A stretch of 64,000 bases of DNA, taken from contig NMRA01000248.1 of NCBI GenBank assembly GCA_002633005.1, forward strand, positions 241,026-305,025, given 5' to 3'. Below, in pieces: positions 50,605 to 63,682 of this stretch. The stretch is from Phoronis australis (Eukaryota; Animalia; Phoronida). The first letter of the stretch is position 1. Every line of letters starts with the position of its first letter. A program made the position numbers and the translations under genes. The notes under the pieces are model-generated. The model ran no database searches. It was not told where the DNA came from and saw only the letters and a program-made list of their open reading frames with translations.

Positions 50605-52954
50605 TAGCCCGGTCTACAGTTACAATCTCCTACTCAGTTTACGCTGAGCCATAAAACCAGTGGACTTACAGTGTATGGTTTTAGGGATCCATTGCAAATA
50701 CGACAGCATTGGCCATGACATCACCTTCGCGCACTGACAGGTGAGCTAGGCAGATTTCCCACTAGAACATATTTTCAGGCATGGTGACCTACTTTTGTGG
50801 TGTAGGCTGTTTATTACTTGAAAGCCACTGGGTATATGCATTTGTGTTCTGAACCCTACTCACCATCTCTGTTTGAACCATGTGTCATAAACAAAGAAAA
50901 AAAAAAAAAAATAAAAAAATAAACAAAGAACTAAATCTGAATTTAGCTTACTGGATAGACGGGTAGTCTTTGGCTTTGGAAGAAACGTGAAATGTCGCTT
51001 TTGAGGAAAAAGTCAATGGTAAGTTTGTTATTACTATTTGTCAGTTTGGCCATGAATAAGCAGCAGCTTGATATTGTAAGTCATCAGTGGGTTCACACAA
51101 ATTTCATCAAGCATTCATAAAGTTTTGTAATTGCTTTGAAGTTCAATTATGTTTTGACGACTACTTTTGAACTCAGACTTGGGAATTTTGCTGCGCCGAA
51201 TTGCGGGATACGAACGTTGAGCATATACCTATTGTTATTTTGTAGTTGACCAAGCCAGTCTTTATACCTGTAACAAGCGAGCAAAGGTATGTTGAAAAGT
51301 TGTTTGTTTTAAAATACAAGTGGTGAAAAAATATGTATGAAATACATCGCCCATGCGCGCACACACAGACTGTATGCGGCCTACATGCTATGAACATTCC
51401 CACTAAATAAAATTGGTTCTAACCCCGGTGTTTAAGGTAAACGGCGGGGTATGAAAAATTGAACTAGACCATATTTATCCACCTTGGCTGACACGCGCTC
51501 GGCTCATGCTCAAAGGGATGCCGCCAAGCTGCTCTATTCATCGAGTCACGAGCGAGGATAATTGTTTTCGCTCATGCGGATATGATCAGCTGATTACAGT
51601 CTAGCCTAACAACTGTACTTTTTATGGAGAGAATTTTACGTAGTTTTTACTGTAATATTTGAAAAGAGGAGCGAAAACAAATACGAATACAACTTTGAAT
51701 TTTTCAAATCGGCCCAGGATAAGAGATTTTGCAACACAGAAACACTCACGATTACTTTCATTCGGCGCGCACGAATACAAAAATATAGGACCCAAGTTAG
51801 GATTGTATAAATGTAGAACTACTCCGTGTGTTATTTAGGTTTTGGAAAAAATGCATTTTAATACTCAAAATACGTTTTGTATAGCTATTACAAGCTCTAA
51901 AACGACTTTGTGTAATTTCATTGAGATCGTTCTTTGTCATCCGTCAAACCGNNNNNNNNNNNNNNNNNNNNNNNNNNNNNNNNNNNNNNNNNNNNNNNNN
52001 NNNNNNNNNNNNNNNNNNNNNNNNNNNNNNNNNNNNNNNNNNNNNNNNNNNNNNNNNNNNNNNNNNNNNNNNNNNNNNNNNNNNNNNNNNNNNNNNNNNN
52101 NNNNNNNNNNNNNNNNNNNNNNNNNNNNNNNNNNNNNNNNNNNNNNNNNNNNNNNNNNNNNNNNNNNNNNNNNNNNNNNNNNNNNNNNNNNNNNNNNNNN
52201 NNNNNNNNNNNNNNNNNNNNNNNNNNNNNNNNNNNNNNNNNNNNNNNNNNNNNNNNNNNNNNNNNNNNNNNNNNNNNNNNNNNNNNNNNNNNNNNNNNNN
52301 NNNNNNNNNNNNNNNNNNNNNNNNNNNNNNNNNNNNNNNNNNNNNNNNNNNNNNNNNNNNNNNNNNNNNNNNNNNNNNNNNNNNNNNNNNNNNNNNNNNN
52401 NNNNNNNNNNNNNNNNNNNNNNNNNNNNNNNNNNNNNNNNNNNNNNNNNNNNNNNNNNNNNNNNNNNNNNNNNNNNNNNNNNNNNNNNNNNNNNNNNNNN
52501 NNNNNNNNNNNNNNNNNNNNNNNNNNNNNNNNNNNNNNNNNNNNNNNNNNNNNNNNNNNATTATCATTTTATGGCCTGGTCATCCATTCAGCCCAAAGTA
52601 GTTCCAGAGGTGGCTTATCAGCCAATTATTCACGCATGCTGACTCACAATAGAGGCCTGATAAGAGTGAAGGTGGATAAATGCGGTGTTCCTACAGTTTC
52701 TTGTTTTAGTGGATGTGTTCACGACATGTAAGACACGGCAATGTATTCACCATAGACTAGCTGTAACATCTTGATGAGAAACCCTCAAGATTTATTGTTT
52801 GACAATAGTGGTGTATTGAAAATGATTCGATTCAAGTGTATTTGAATGTTTCATCAATATATAGATTAATTTATATGCTGGCAAATACATGCATGAGCCT
52901 GGCAAGACACTTTCTAGCTTCTACCCAGGCACTGTGATGTTTTTTCCAGATCAG

Positions 52955-53099
52955 GGCTGGGTTGCATAAAACTTCAAAATTATCCGCTGGCTAGGTTTGA
53001 TTTTTGCATTCCGTCAGGTGCATTGTTCAACAATAACATCGTGACGCGTGGTAATGCGACGCCATTGTTGCATGCGTATAACTTTTATGCAACTGGGCC
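52955..53099. mobile_element. 145-bp Harbinger-like MITE (CAG target duplication)
   Basis: CAG|GGCTGGGTTGCATAAAA ... TTTTATGCAACTGGGCC|CAG. Confidence 0.7.
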
Positions 53100-55977
53100 C
53101 AGATGATATGAACAAGAACAATGGTCTGGGATTTCATTTCCTTTCTTTTAAATCAGTTTCAGGGTGCTAAACGAAAACGAAGATAAACTGTACATCAGAG
53201 TTGGGTGTTGATAAAAAACAAAAGTACCTAGAATAGATTGTACTATTAAGATTTCTGAAGAAGTTTAAGAGAGCGTGATGCTAATAGTGTAATTTTATTA
53301 AATTTAACTTGTTAAATGCATTTATCGTCATTATTTTGACACTTGTCTCTTTATTTTGAGACCAGTCCTTAGGGTTTATTTTGCATTACTCATCTCTATT
53401 TATAGCCTCTAGGGCCTACTTTTGTATTCATACGTTTCTCTACGCGACTCCTGATTGGTCGCCCATATTTCCTTTGTTCTGTTCAACGTGGTCTCTCATT
53501 CAGCCACCTACCTCGTCATCTACAAGACCTACGTTCGTTCTCTTCATTTTTTCCCCACCCCCCATCCCGGGTGTCGGTTCCACTTTCTCTTTGCTCGTAT
53601 ACATTTCCTGTTAGGTTTTTTTTTTCAAGTTTTGTTTTCATGTTCTGTACTTTTCCTTTAAGCCCTTCAGGCAGTTTTTTTTTGTTTTGTTCCCTCTTGC
53701 AGGGCTATTCATTGTACACGCCGGTGGGCGTTTTTTGCATGCCCATCTTGCAGAGTCTTAGTTAGTTTTATCTATTACGTCATAATAAATGACAATATTC
53801 GCAATCCTCCTCTTGTTTTACTCTGCAACATAGCTCGTGGCGTACCCCGGGCAAAATAGATTACGATAAAAGTTGTTAAGTCTTTCGTTGTTGAGCATCT
53901 ATTTGTAACATATTTGTTTTCGTACTGTAGCTTATTGAAACGCTGCTTATTTAAAGTGGAATTGACAAAGACATAAAAAGTTTTGTACTGGGTGGTTAGA
54001 ACAGTAATTCTCGAATAGATCTGTAATTGCTTTGCCCGGGGAGCCAGAGAGATAAAGGATCTATTTTTGATACAAAACTCACTCAGTCGTGTTCCAACAG
54101 AATTGGTCAACGTCACGCTGCGCCGGGATAAGTCAAACTAATACAGTACACGGGGAGGAATTACTTGCACCCATTTTATTACGAAAAGAAATGCTGTGTC
54201 CTTGTTGATAAAATTCCGAGATATTTTACCGATTTCGTGTCAGAGCACCTCGCACCAACTAAGCCGTCTCCGCGAACTCCACCAGACAACACATGGTTTT
54301 CATTTGTGCGTGACCCGTTTCCATCAACGACTGAGATTCACGCAGGCGAATTCTCAGCCTGTTTCATGTAACATTTCAAGTTGAATGCCGTCTCAACGAC
54401 TAGTTTTAACTGTGAAAGATATATTCGTTTTCACGGAACGGATTTCATGGGGTTGCTTATACATACATTGTAGTGAAATTTAGTGTTTTGGAAGTATGAT
54501 TAAAGAAATGTATTATGTATTGTAGTATACCGGTGTACTCGAACTATATGCACTCGCATAGAAAATAATATGGGCATAGACTTATGATAATAAAGCGGTA
54601 AATTGCTGTTAAATTTACACGGGTTTAGCGGTTGTCCCTGGATCGTTTTAGCAATGGTTTGTGATTTTTCTGGAAGAAGCATGGGTCATCTGGTGAATTC
54701 CAATATTTCTTTGCTGAATGTCAGCAATTTTCCAAAATTTGTGAGAGGAGAAAAACAAACCTTTAAACACGTCTTGACACAATCATTACGTTCCCTAGGT
54801 TACTCGAAGCGTTTACAGCACTAGCAGAGCTTATTTTCACCTTTAACACACTTTTCTCAGTCATTATGCCGATCAACAATTTTAGTCTATTATTTCGTTC
54901 GACTGCCCTGGTTCCGTACTCTTCATGCAGTGTAATAAGTACATACAGTCAATACGGGAATTATGTATTTTTTGCTCCGGGAATTTGCCGCTTCTGTGGT
55001 GCTAAGACGTAGCCTCAAAAGGCTACGAATTTTCGATAATTGCATTTTTGCTCATAAAGTTTTCAATGCCACTTCGGCGTTTACTAGACAAGTATTCCGT
55101 CTGTAAATCAGTATTTACGGCTTTTACTGTCAATGTCCTTTGTTGAAATAATGTCATATCACGAGCCTTGCTCGACAGAGCCAAATAAGTTACCAAGGAG
55201 TACAACAACATTCACATTTACTAGATGTAAGAGCCCCTAATATGTAAGTAGGTACATGCAATACATTTTGACACTTGAAAATATTTTGACTCGTTTTCGT
55301 CAGTGCCATGATTTGGTATGTTTTTTAAGTGCTATGGTTGGAGCAAAAATTGTTGACATNAAAAAATAAAACAGTAAGAGCGTAGGGAAATGGTGAGTTT
55401 ATTAATTAACCCCGGTAATTAAAATTATACAGATGAAAAAAGATTTAAATGTGTGCAGTTTTAGTGTTTGGGGGGGGGGCTCAAACCCAATTTCAAGTGT
55501 CAAATTCGGAACACGGCGCATTCGTAACGGAACTATGGCTAAGTATAGGCTCTCCCGCGATATCCCAGGTGACCGGCAGTGGCGCTGCGCACTACGACTC
55601 CGTTTTCGTCGTCTGCTCCACTGTGCAATGAAGAAAATTTACTTCATTTTTTAAGAGAATGGAACCTGAGTGACGAGCTGCTGGTAAGATGTGAATTTTA
55701 ATCGAAGCCTTAGTGAATCACTCAGAAACTCGCAATACTCTCTTTGTAAAACCTTAACTTAGAAGATTTCCAAAGCACTTCCGTCATTATTGCCAACACG
55801 AAAAACGGATTTGGTCTTTTAGGCAATTGAAGACTATTTTAAATACGACAAATTTGTTAAGAATTCATGGCACAAAATATAAAACGTGTAATAAGCATTA
55901 CGAAAAGAAGTAGGTTTCGCGCGCAAATGCTGTGAACCATAAACAAGTAGGTCTTTTAGTATGAGTTTACTAGTTAA

Positions 55978-56048
55978 ATCTTGGTGGTGTAGTGGTAACG
56001 CACGCGCTCTCTAATCGCCAGGTCGTGAGTTCAAGTCTTTGGTACGTT
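55978..56048 (+). mobile_element. Degenerate tRNA-derived SINE head or tRNA pseudogene
   Basis: A-box TGGTGTAGTGG and B-box-like GAGTTCAAGTC at tRNA-like spacing. The stems do not pair. Confidence 0.45.
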
Positions 56049-57704
56049 CAGTTTTCCTGTTTGACACGTTCTGTTTTTTTTGTTTTTTTTTTCTTGAATA
56101 ATACTTCAGCAATCAAGGAAAATGCTTGATTTTTAGAGGTAAAAACAGAAAAATTTCCTCCCCCCATTTGGTGCTATGCGCATCTACAATCGTGGTTCAG
56201 TTTGCGCAAATGCTTACAGCCGGACAAAATGTTGGGCCCCCCCCTTGTGATATCCTAGATCCGCCACTGATTATACTGCTTTTATCATTTATTCGATATT
56301 TGTATGGAATAATTTAGTCAACCAATGTTTTGTCAACTTCAGCACTTATTTGGTCATCGCGGATTGGCAGAAAGAACAAGAAACAAGAAAAATAGCCTCA
56401 TGATATGAAAAACGATGGACCTACATTCGTTCCCAAAGTGCATTACGTCAGGTACAGGACCATGATCTTATTACTTTACGTGAGCACAGAAGTATATAGT
56501 ACTGCGGCCTAACCCGAGACTACCCAATTTAGACCCAGATTTAATACCAATCCTTGCAATAGGCCCATCACCATTCCCCCTTCAAACGGCGTACTCAGGT
56601 TTATAACTTCGGTTGTAGTTGGGCGATTTTGGTGATTCGATCGGCATTTAACGAGGAATTCAGAAATGCTATTGGTTTGTGTTCAAATATGTTATAACTT
56701 AACTTTCATTTTTATCAGCCATATACTAGGTATATTTTCAACCAAAAATTACATGTTTTATTAACTCTCTAGGACTTAAAATCATGCCCTGGGATGTGAG
56801 AGTCAGACAATCTTTTATTAACACGTGACCATTTTTTCAAATACTGTTATTCTTATTTGAACATTAAGATCTCAAAAATAGTACCAAAAATTTTGTGTTT
56901 GCTCAGTTAAGTCATGATATCTGTCAATGCTCAAGGAGCCTTTTCTCAGATTTTTTTTGTTTATCCTGAAGCAACAGATTGTTGTTACCTATAAAGTTGG
57001 TTTTAAAGTAACAGTTAATGATAATTTTTGAAAGCTGATCCCTCCATTGTTCAAAGGAAAATCAAGAGTCAAATTGTTAGGCAGTAAATTGCATTGTAAT
57101 GACCATATTCACACACGAATTGACCCATGTACTCCTGGGTAAGCTGTGCTTTAAGCTACTGGAGTCGTTGAAAACCAAAAGGTCTAAAAATGGGTGATAA
57201 AGACTTATGTTTTACAGGTAATAAAAATCTACTGCACAATCATTGGGGATTACACCAAAATATTAGTTCAGTACACACCCAGCATTATAAAGGCCTTATC
57301 TAACATGAAGGTGTAAGCCACAGTGTTGTGATGGGCCACATATTAAAATGAAAGCGCTCTGAGAAGCGAAACTTGGTGCAATTAACCAAAAAAGATGACG
57401 ATAAAGATGATGACGAAGATGACGAATATGACGACGATGGTGGCGAGGATGAACAAAAGAAGTAATAATAACATACACATGACAAACGTAGAACTCCGAA
57501 ATCAGTAAGAAAAAGGCTACAGTCTTGAGCGACACTTGGCAAAATTAACGGAAAAGACAACGACGGAGATGATGACGAAGATGATGATAATGGTGATGGC
57601 GATGATGAACAACATCTCAACATTCATATGAGGAACTTAGATGTCATAAATCAATAAGAAATAGGCTACAGTCTACTTCAATAGAAGATATACCAACATC
57701 AATG

Positions 57705-58556
57705 CAGCAAGAGCGCTCAACAAAGGAACAGCGTCATCAGAAAATCTCAAATAACTCAAAAAGTAGACGTCCTAGCGAAAAATGGAAACCATCTTCTGAA
57801 AACCCGTTCAAAATTCTATTGAAACTGATGGTATCGCTTAATTCCGTAAATTTTTTGAAAAAGATGAAATTTTGCGTTTTTTTTAAGAAATTCAAAGTCA
57901 AATAACTCGAAAACATTAAATCTGAGAAAAAAATTGTTACAGGCCATTTGAAAGAATATACTTCAAAAAATCCACATACAAAAAATCACGTCTTTTTCTC
58001 TTCCCGTTTAAAATTGCACTCCAGACGACTGAAAATGGGTCAACATGGGCCAGATCCGCCATCTTGAAAGCAACTTCCGGTTTTTTGGGTCAGTATAATA
58101 GCATGTCATAAAAAACTACTACCTGTAAAAATTCGAAGGAATTGGTCTGATAATGCGCCCTCTACAGGAGAAAACGTTTTTAGGCCAAAATTGAGGTGCG
58201 CATGCGCGATCGCCGATATCTCCGCCATCTTTAACCGGAAGTAAACAATTTCCGGTATACCTGTAGAAAACTTCCGGTCCATTTACTGTGCCGATTCTTA
58301 GCTTTTTACGTAAAAAATTGTAGCCTCCAGAAGCACTTGAACCTTTAAATGAAAACAAAATGGCCGCCACAGCTGCTATCTTGGATCCGTTTTTGACGAA
58401 AAACAATAGGCTTCCAGTACTTCTGGAAGTATGTGTTATGTGTAAATTTCGTGATGATCGGACGAAAATTGCGACCTGTATCGTGCGAACAAACAAAAAA
58501 AACAAACTTAGTGGAAGAGCAACATACTTGGTGAACTTTATTTCGCCAAGTAATAA
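57705..58556 (+). mobile_element. Helentron-associated (HINE-like) non-autonomous element
   Basis: The 3' part reads AAATTTCGTGATGATCGG..., then an ACAAAC short repeat, then the stem-loop TACTTGGTGAA-CTTTAT-TTCGCCAAGTA near the end. The 5' limit is approximate. Confidence 0.5.
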
Positions 58557-59713
58557 AGGATCTCAGAAAGCACATTGCCTTTTTGAAATTTTTGCCTGAA
58601 TCTGGACCCAGCTAGTCGTAATAATGTGCCAAGCTTTTGAGATTACATCTACCGGGCTTAGTACTGAGAGATATGACTTTGAATTTCCCCCACTCCGACC
58701 AATTTAGCAAACGAATAATGCATTTAAAAGTGTAGGTAGCATACAGTGAAAACAAAGACTATAAAGTATCTTAACTTACTGTTACATTTTTTGAAAAACC
58801 ATGGTTTCTCAAAGGTTGACACTATCTTTGCCAATGTGTTGTTGGATATCATTCCAGATTTGAAAGTTTTAAGCATGTGATTGTTCTGGACTGAAGACAT
58901 AATACAAAATTATCAACTCATTACAATATGCTTTATACAACTATGGTGCTTTGTCTATGTCTGTAGTACAACTCTGCATGTGTTACCACCTGCAAAGCAA
59001 TAAACAGTAATCAAACCATTGCCTTTCTTTGAGTTTTTGGATCCTCCTACCAAATCATTATAATTTAATGCTGGGATACGAGTCTTTGAAATTTTATATT
59101 GTCATGAGCATTTACTAGAAATACAGTATACGTGAAAAAATGTGATAATTAAGCTACTGGGATATTCAGCTAGTATATTTTTGATGTGGTGTGCCACTGA
59201 TAAATATATGAGGAAATCCAGGCGTCCATTTGAAGTTGGCAAGATTAAACCACACACTAACTTAGAAGAAAGCAAGCATGATTAAAAGTGGGAACTTCGT
59301 ACATAATTCTTACTTATTCAACAAAAACTCCATCATTTTGTAGGCACTAATTCAGTCCTTATGTTTCGGAGGATAGTGCACAAGATATAGTATGTGAACG
59401 TTTCATACGAATCTGATAAGCCATTTCTGTGATATGATGTTTCAAAGCCAGTCAAATTTGGTCATTTAGGGCCTTACATGTACACACATTAACTAGTCCC
59501 TGGCTTGATTTTAGCACTCACTGAATGTATACAAGTTGTGACCCAATATTAGCCTCATCTATTACATAACAAGTGAACAACGTCCAACCATTTCTCATGC
59601 GATTGATGCTGTATAGACCTTCAGCGGAATAGTTTTCAAACTGGAATTTTATTGTTGTCAGGATGAACATCAAAAAAGTTAAATTAAGGAAAGTGATGAT
59701 TTAGAAAGATGTA

Positions 59714-59747
<34 letters not shown>

Positions 59748-59962
59748 GTTTTTGAATTTTATCTTGAAAATTTATTTAAAATTAATTGTTGCCTATCAGG
59801 ACGTATAGTACAGTCATTGAAATTTTAGCAGTTGAATTAACTTGAAGGTCTTTGAATATTTTCCAGTTGCACATAAGTTGATATTTGCTCTTGTCATAAT
59901 TTCCAGTTGTCAATCAGTTGAAATTTGATATTGGCAAGAAGTAGCACAACAGCTGCAATTTA

Positions 59963-61234
59963 CCGTATTTGCCCTAATAAGCGTCCAGGCGCTTAGAAAA
60001 ATTCGTTTCAGGGAAGGGCGCGCGCTTATGTAGCCTAAGGCGGTTGAAACCCGCCTCCCATTCAGTAACGCTAGGACCTCGCTAAAGAGCAAGACTTCGC
60101 GAGATTACGTGAGAAATTGCTGTGTATTTGAAATGAGAACACGTGACTTTGACTCTAAGGTTTTAGCTCGGTCCTAGCGTAGGTCCTTGCATCTACTGAA
60201 CACACGCCCGGTCTCCGAAACGGGGAAATCGGAAGCTAGGATTCAACAAATTTACGTTTTGCGACGTAGGCTATCTGTAACGTATGACAGACTTTCTACT
60301 TTGCTATCAAACTTCGTTGTTAAATTATAACCATCCTTTTTCCAGAAAATCGTGCGGAAATCTCAGGGCGAAAACTAGTCGCCGACTGATGCATCACTAC
60401 CTCGGAATCGCCGATAGGGCAACTTGAATTCTTGAATAAAAACAGTTCTGCTCAACAAAATGTCTGAAATCCTCCTTGAATTTTCCAAATAGTGTCCCTA
60501 TAATTTTTTTTTAAGTTCCTAGTCGGGATTAACCGCAGGTTAAGTCCAAGTCTCAGTTCGCCAGATCGCACCCCGCAACACGAAAAAAATCTGGACGAAC
60601 AAAGGTGGTGTTATCACGTGACGTTTGGTTTGAAGTTTCTCTGCGTGTGTGTGTGTTTGTGTGTAAGTGAGCAAGCGCGTTCGTTCACTGAGGCGTACTT
60701 CTATGTAGCGCGCGCTTCCTGGCCACGTGCGGTTAACACGGGTCAAGTTTTTTGATTAGTCTTCGATTCGCGGTTTTCACGTGTTATGTGCAAAAAGAAA
60801 TCTGGATTCCCGCGTGATGTCGAGGGAGGTCGACTATCTGTACATGTACGCGGGGATACTATACTATACCGTTCAAGTACACTGCGTTTGTTCAGTGAAA
60901 GGCCTGACCATAGTGGGACTCGCGAGATCAGCAATACTAGGCTTTTTAAAGCAATACGTAAGTTTGAAGTGTATGGTCACGACTCAATAGGCCTACCCAC
61001 TGTGACACTATAACGGGCTAGGCTCGTGGTCTAGACGAAATTGCGCGCACAATGATTTTTTCATGACTGTCTGATATTACTCATAAATTGAAGATGTTAC
61101 TGTAGAATTTTAGAGCTGTAGGTAAGATCTTTTTCACATGTATTCGCCATCATGGGCTGAGCGCTTATTTTAGCGAAGTCTGAAAACGCATGCAGTTGCT
61201 TATTGGGTATGGGCGCTTATTAAGGCGAACACGG
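59963..61234. mobile_element. Diverged Tc2/pogo-like non-autonomous element related to 23921-25303
   Basis: TA|CCGTATTTGCCCTAATAAGCG ... CGCTTATTAAGGCGAACACGG|TA. It shares internal blocks such as CCCGGTCTCCGAAACGGG, CAGAAAATCGTGC and TCACGTGACGTTTG. Confidence 0.88.
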
Positions 61235-61806
61235 TATATCCTGCTGACTTACAAGTATCAGCGCAAGTTTTAAACTAGCACATAGCCGTTTCGAGTGTGG
61301 TCTGTTGCCAGTTGGGATAGGCTTTATCTTATGTAGCGTTGTTTAGTGGAAGAAATTGAACCGAGAAGAAGGTAAAGTTAGAAGATAAGATGTGCAGGTA
61401 TACCAAATATTTGTCTTGATTTCAATGAATAAGCTCAAGACCCCATATGTTCAAATCAAATCAATCCAATTATTTTCATCATGAAGGAATTGGCTTTTGC
61501 TTTAAGTAAGCCTCCAACTTTGTTATAGTAAACTCTGTGCTAGATTTTGAAGAATTGTACAGTCTATCCGGCGATCTCAAGGTTATTTTGTCAACTTTTA
61601 TGTAATGGAAAGCAGGACCAAACTTTTTTCGATTTTGTGCTGAAAAAGGTGGAATATTTGTACAAGTTGCTAATTAAGAATACATTTGCAACTGAAGTGC
61701 TCCATGGAACTTTGAAATTTATATTAAAACATTTTTAGCATCTGAAGGTTTTCAATCGTAATACGATTCTTTTGATTCTGCACATTAGCATCTTAAGATT
61801 CAGACN

Positions 61807-61862
<56 letters not shown>
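61807..61862. repeat. Poly-G run next to n61806 (possible sequencing artefact)
   Basis: About 56 G immediately after a contig join. Confidence 0.8.
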
Positions 61863-61864
<2 letters not shown>

Positions 61865-63554
61865 CGTTGGAACCCCCTGCGGGCATATCCATTAAAGATA
61901 GGATATGGATGAACAACAGCAGCAAGATTGTTGCAGCTACTGGTACTACTAACTAAAATGATAAATAGTACTAATTTTTTAGTTAGCTTCTTGATTCTAA
62001 GCATTTCTCATTGCATCTGGCCATTAATGGCCAACTTCGCCCGAGTGGTGTTTGGGTAGATTGTGATCGTGCAGATGATGTATTGTTATTCATAAGTACT
62101 GAACGCGCGTGGTGGCTACACCAGTACACCAAAGTGTAACAAGGAAGTATAGAAGTGGGTATCTATACCTAAGCTAAAGCTCTAGTCTTAAAGTCAGCTA
62201 ACATAGTTTTGGTAAAGTGCAGGCATTTTCAAATTTCGAATTGAAAGTGATTGTCAAGTATATAAATACGTTGTTCATTCTTTGTCCACTTTGATTGTGG
62301 ATTAATTGATTGACATGAATACATGTATGCATACACATGTGTGCGTGTCCATCTTTTAAATTCAGTACATGTTGACGGTAAAGTTCACTATAGGTAGTCC
62401 TCTGTCACACTCGTACCTGACATTTAACTATTGTGTTTTCTTGTATGGAAAAAACCCTCACGAGCATGTTCCCTTTATTGGGGAAAGTAGGCCTAGACTG
62501 CAACTTTTGTCAATGAAGAAAGTCTTCTCTTGTCAATCAGTGACAATGGTGCACAGCCCTACAGTCTGCAGATACTCTGATTGTCTGCTCATGACTCATT
62601 CTCAACTGCGGTAGGGCTACGACATCCAACCAGTTTTAAAGGCTGGATGGGACCCTCTGACTTCGTGACGACTGGCAGGGACAGGGTGGGCTACTGACTA
62701 CATTTAGTTTCGAACCTGCCATGGGTGTGGTTCCTTGGGTGAGATTGAGGTGCAGGGGCCCTTAACTTTTCAGTCGTGCTGTGATGTGTTCTTGACATGG
62801 ATTTGATGAATGTATCGTGGTAATGATAATTCATGAATATTCCTACTTCACATTCTTCTAAAAATGCAAGTACATACCCATTTTCCGTATTCACAAGATA
62901 TGTGGGCAATTTTGCATGCGCATGGAATTCAAAGTGTTTTTAGTACCTGGGCGTTGTTTTCAATACCATACACCAGTCAGTGCATCTAATCGAAGTATAA
63001 TTTAAACAGGACCTGTGTTCCGCCAAACAGGACACTACGACACGTTAAAAGTGGTCGTGGAGAGCACTGCATTATCATTGTTGTTATTATTATCATTTTT
63101 GGTATAATTACTGAATTTGTTTAACTAAGACACAGTGCAATATACACTGTACGTGTTTGGCTAAGACTAGGTCTAATACATCATGGTCCTCAAACACCGA
63201 ACTTCTAATATGGGATAGCCAGTGCTATTTCAAAAGGATTTTAAAGGGTTTCCAAGTTCAGCCTTAAAGTTATTGTGAAAAACTTCTTGACAGCTGTGGA
63301 TGCAGACTAGGCCTACCTTTTGGAAACGAAGAGGTTGAGATTTAAAATCTTGTTTAGATGTGCGCCATCTTCAAAAATTTCTGAACTATCAGCAAGCATG
63401 ATATTGTTTGTAAATATAATTATATCCTGTAGTTCGCCACCAAGAAACGAACTCAGAATGTAATCTTTTACTTGCGACTTACATCTAAACGTTATGGTAC
63501 CTCTCCATGATAGCAAGTAACAGCATATGTTCACGAAAACAACAACGGATTTAA

Positions 63555-63602
63555 AACTTGACATGTTTCGGTGTCATATATTAAACACCATCCTCAGAAG
63601 TC
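63555..63602 (-). ncRNA. Minimal type I hammerhead ribozyme of the Penelope-like element
   Basis: The minus strand reads GACUU-CUGAGGA-U-GGUGU(UUAAUAUAUG)ACACC-GAAA-CAUG-UC^AAGUU. It has the CUGANGA and GAAA core, a GUC cleavage triplet, 5-bp stems I and II, and a palindromic minimal stem III. Confidence 0.88.
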
Positions 63603-63682
63603 ATAATACAGTGGCCACCTAGCTAGGCCCAGCAACAAGTAATGAAGCACAGATACAGTCAGTTACAGGGAGTGACTATGAA

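Noticed and set aside
48311-52731. Long ORFs of 200-358 aa
   Set aside because: They read through N gaps and the 87-bp tandem repeat.
57296-57623. Ser-, His- or Asp-rich ORFs
   Set aside because: They derive from imperfect (GAT/GAC)n tracts with no splice context.
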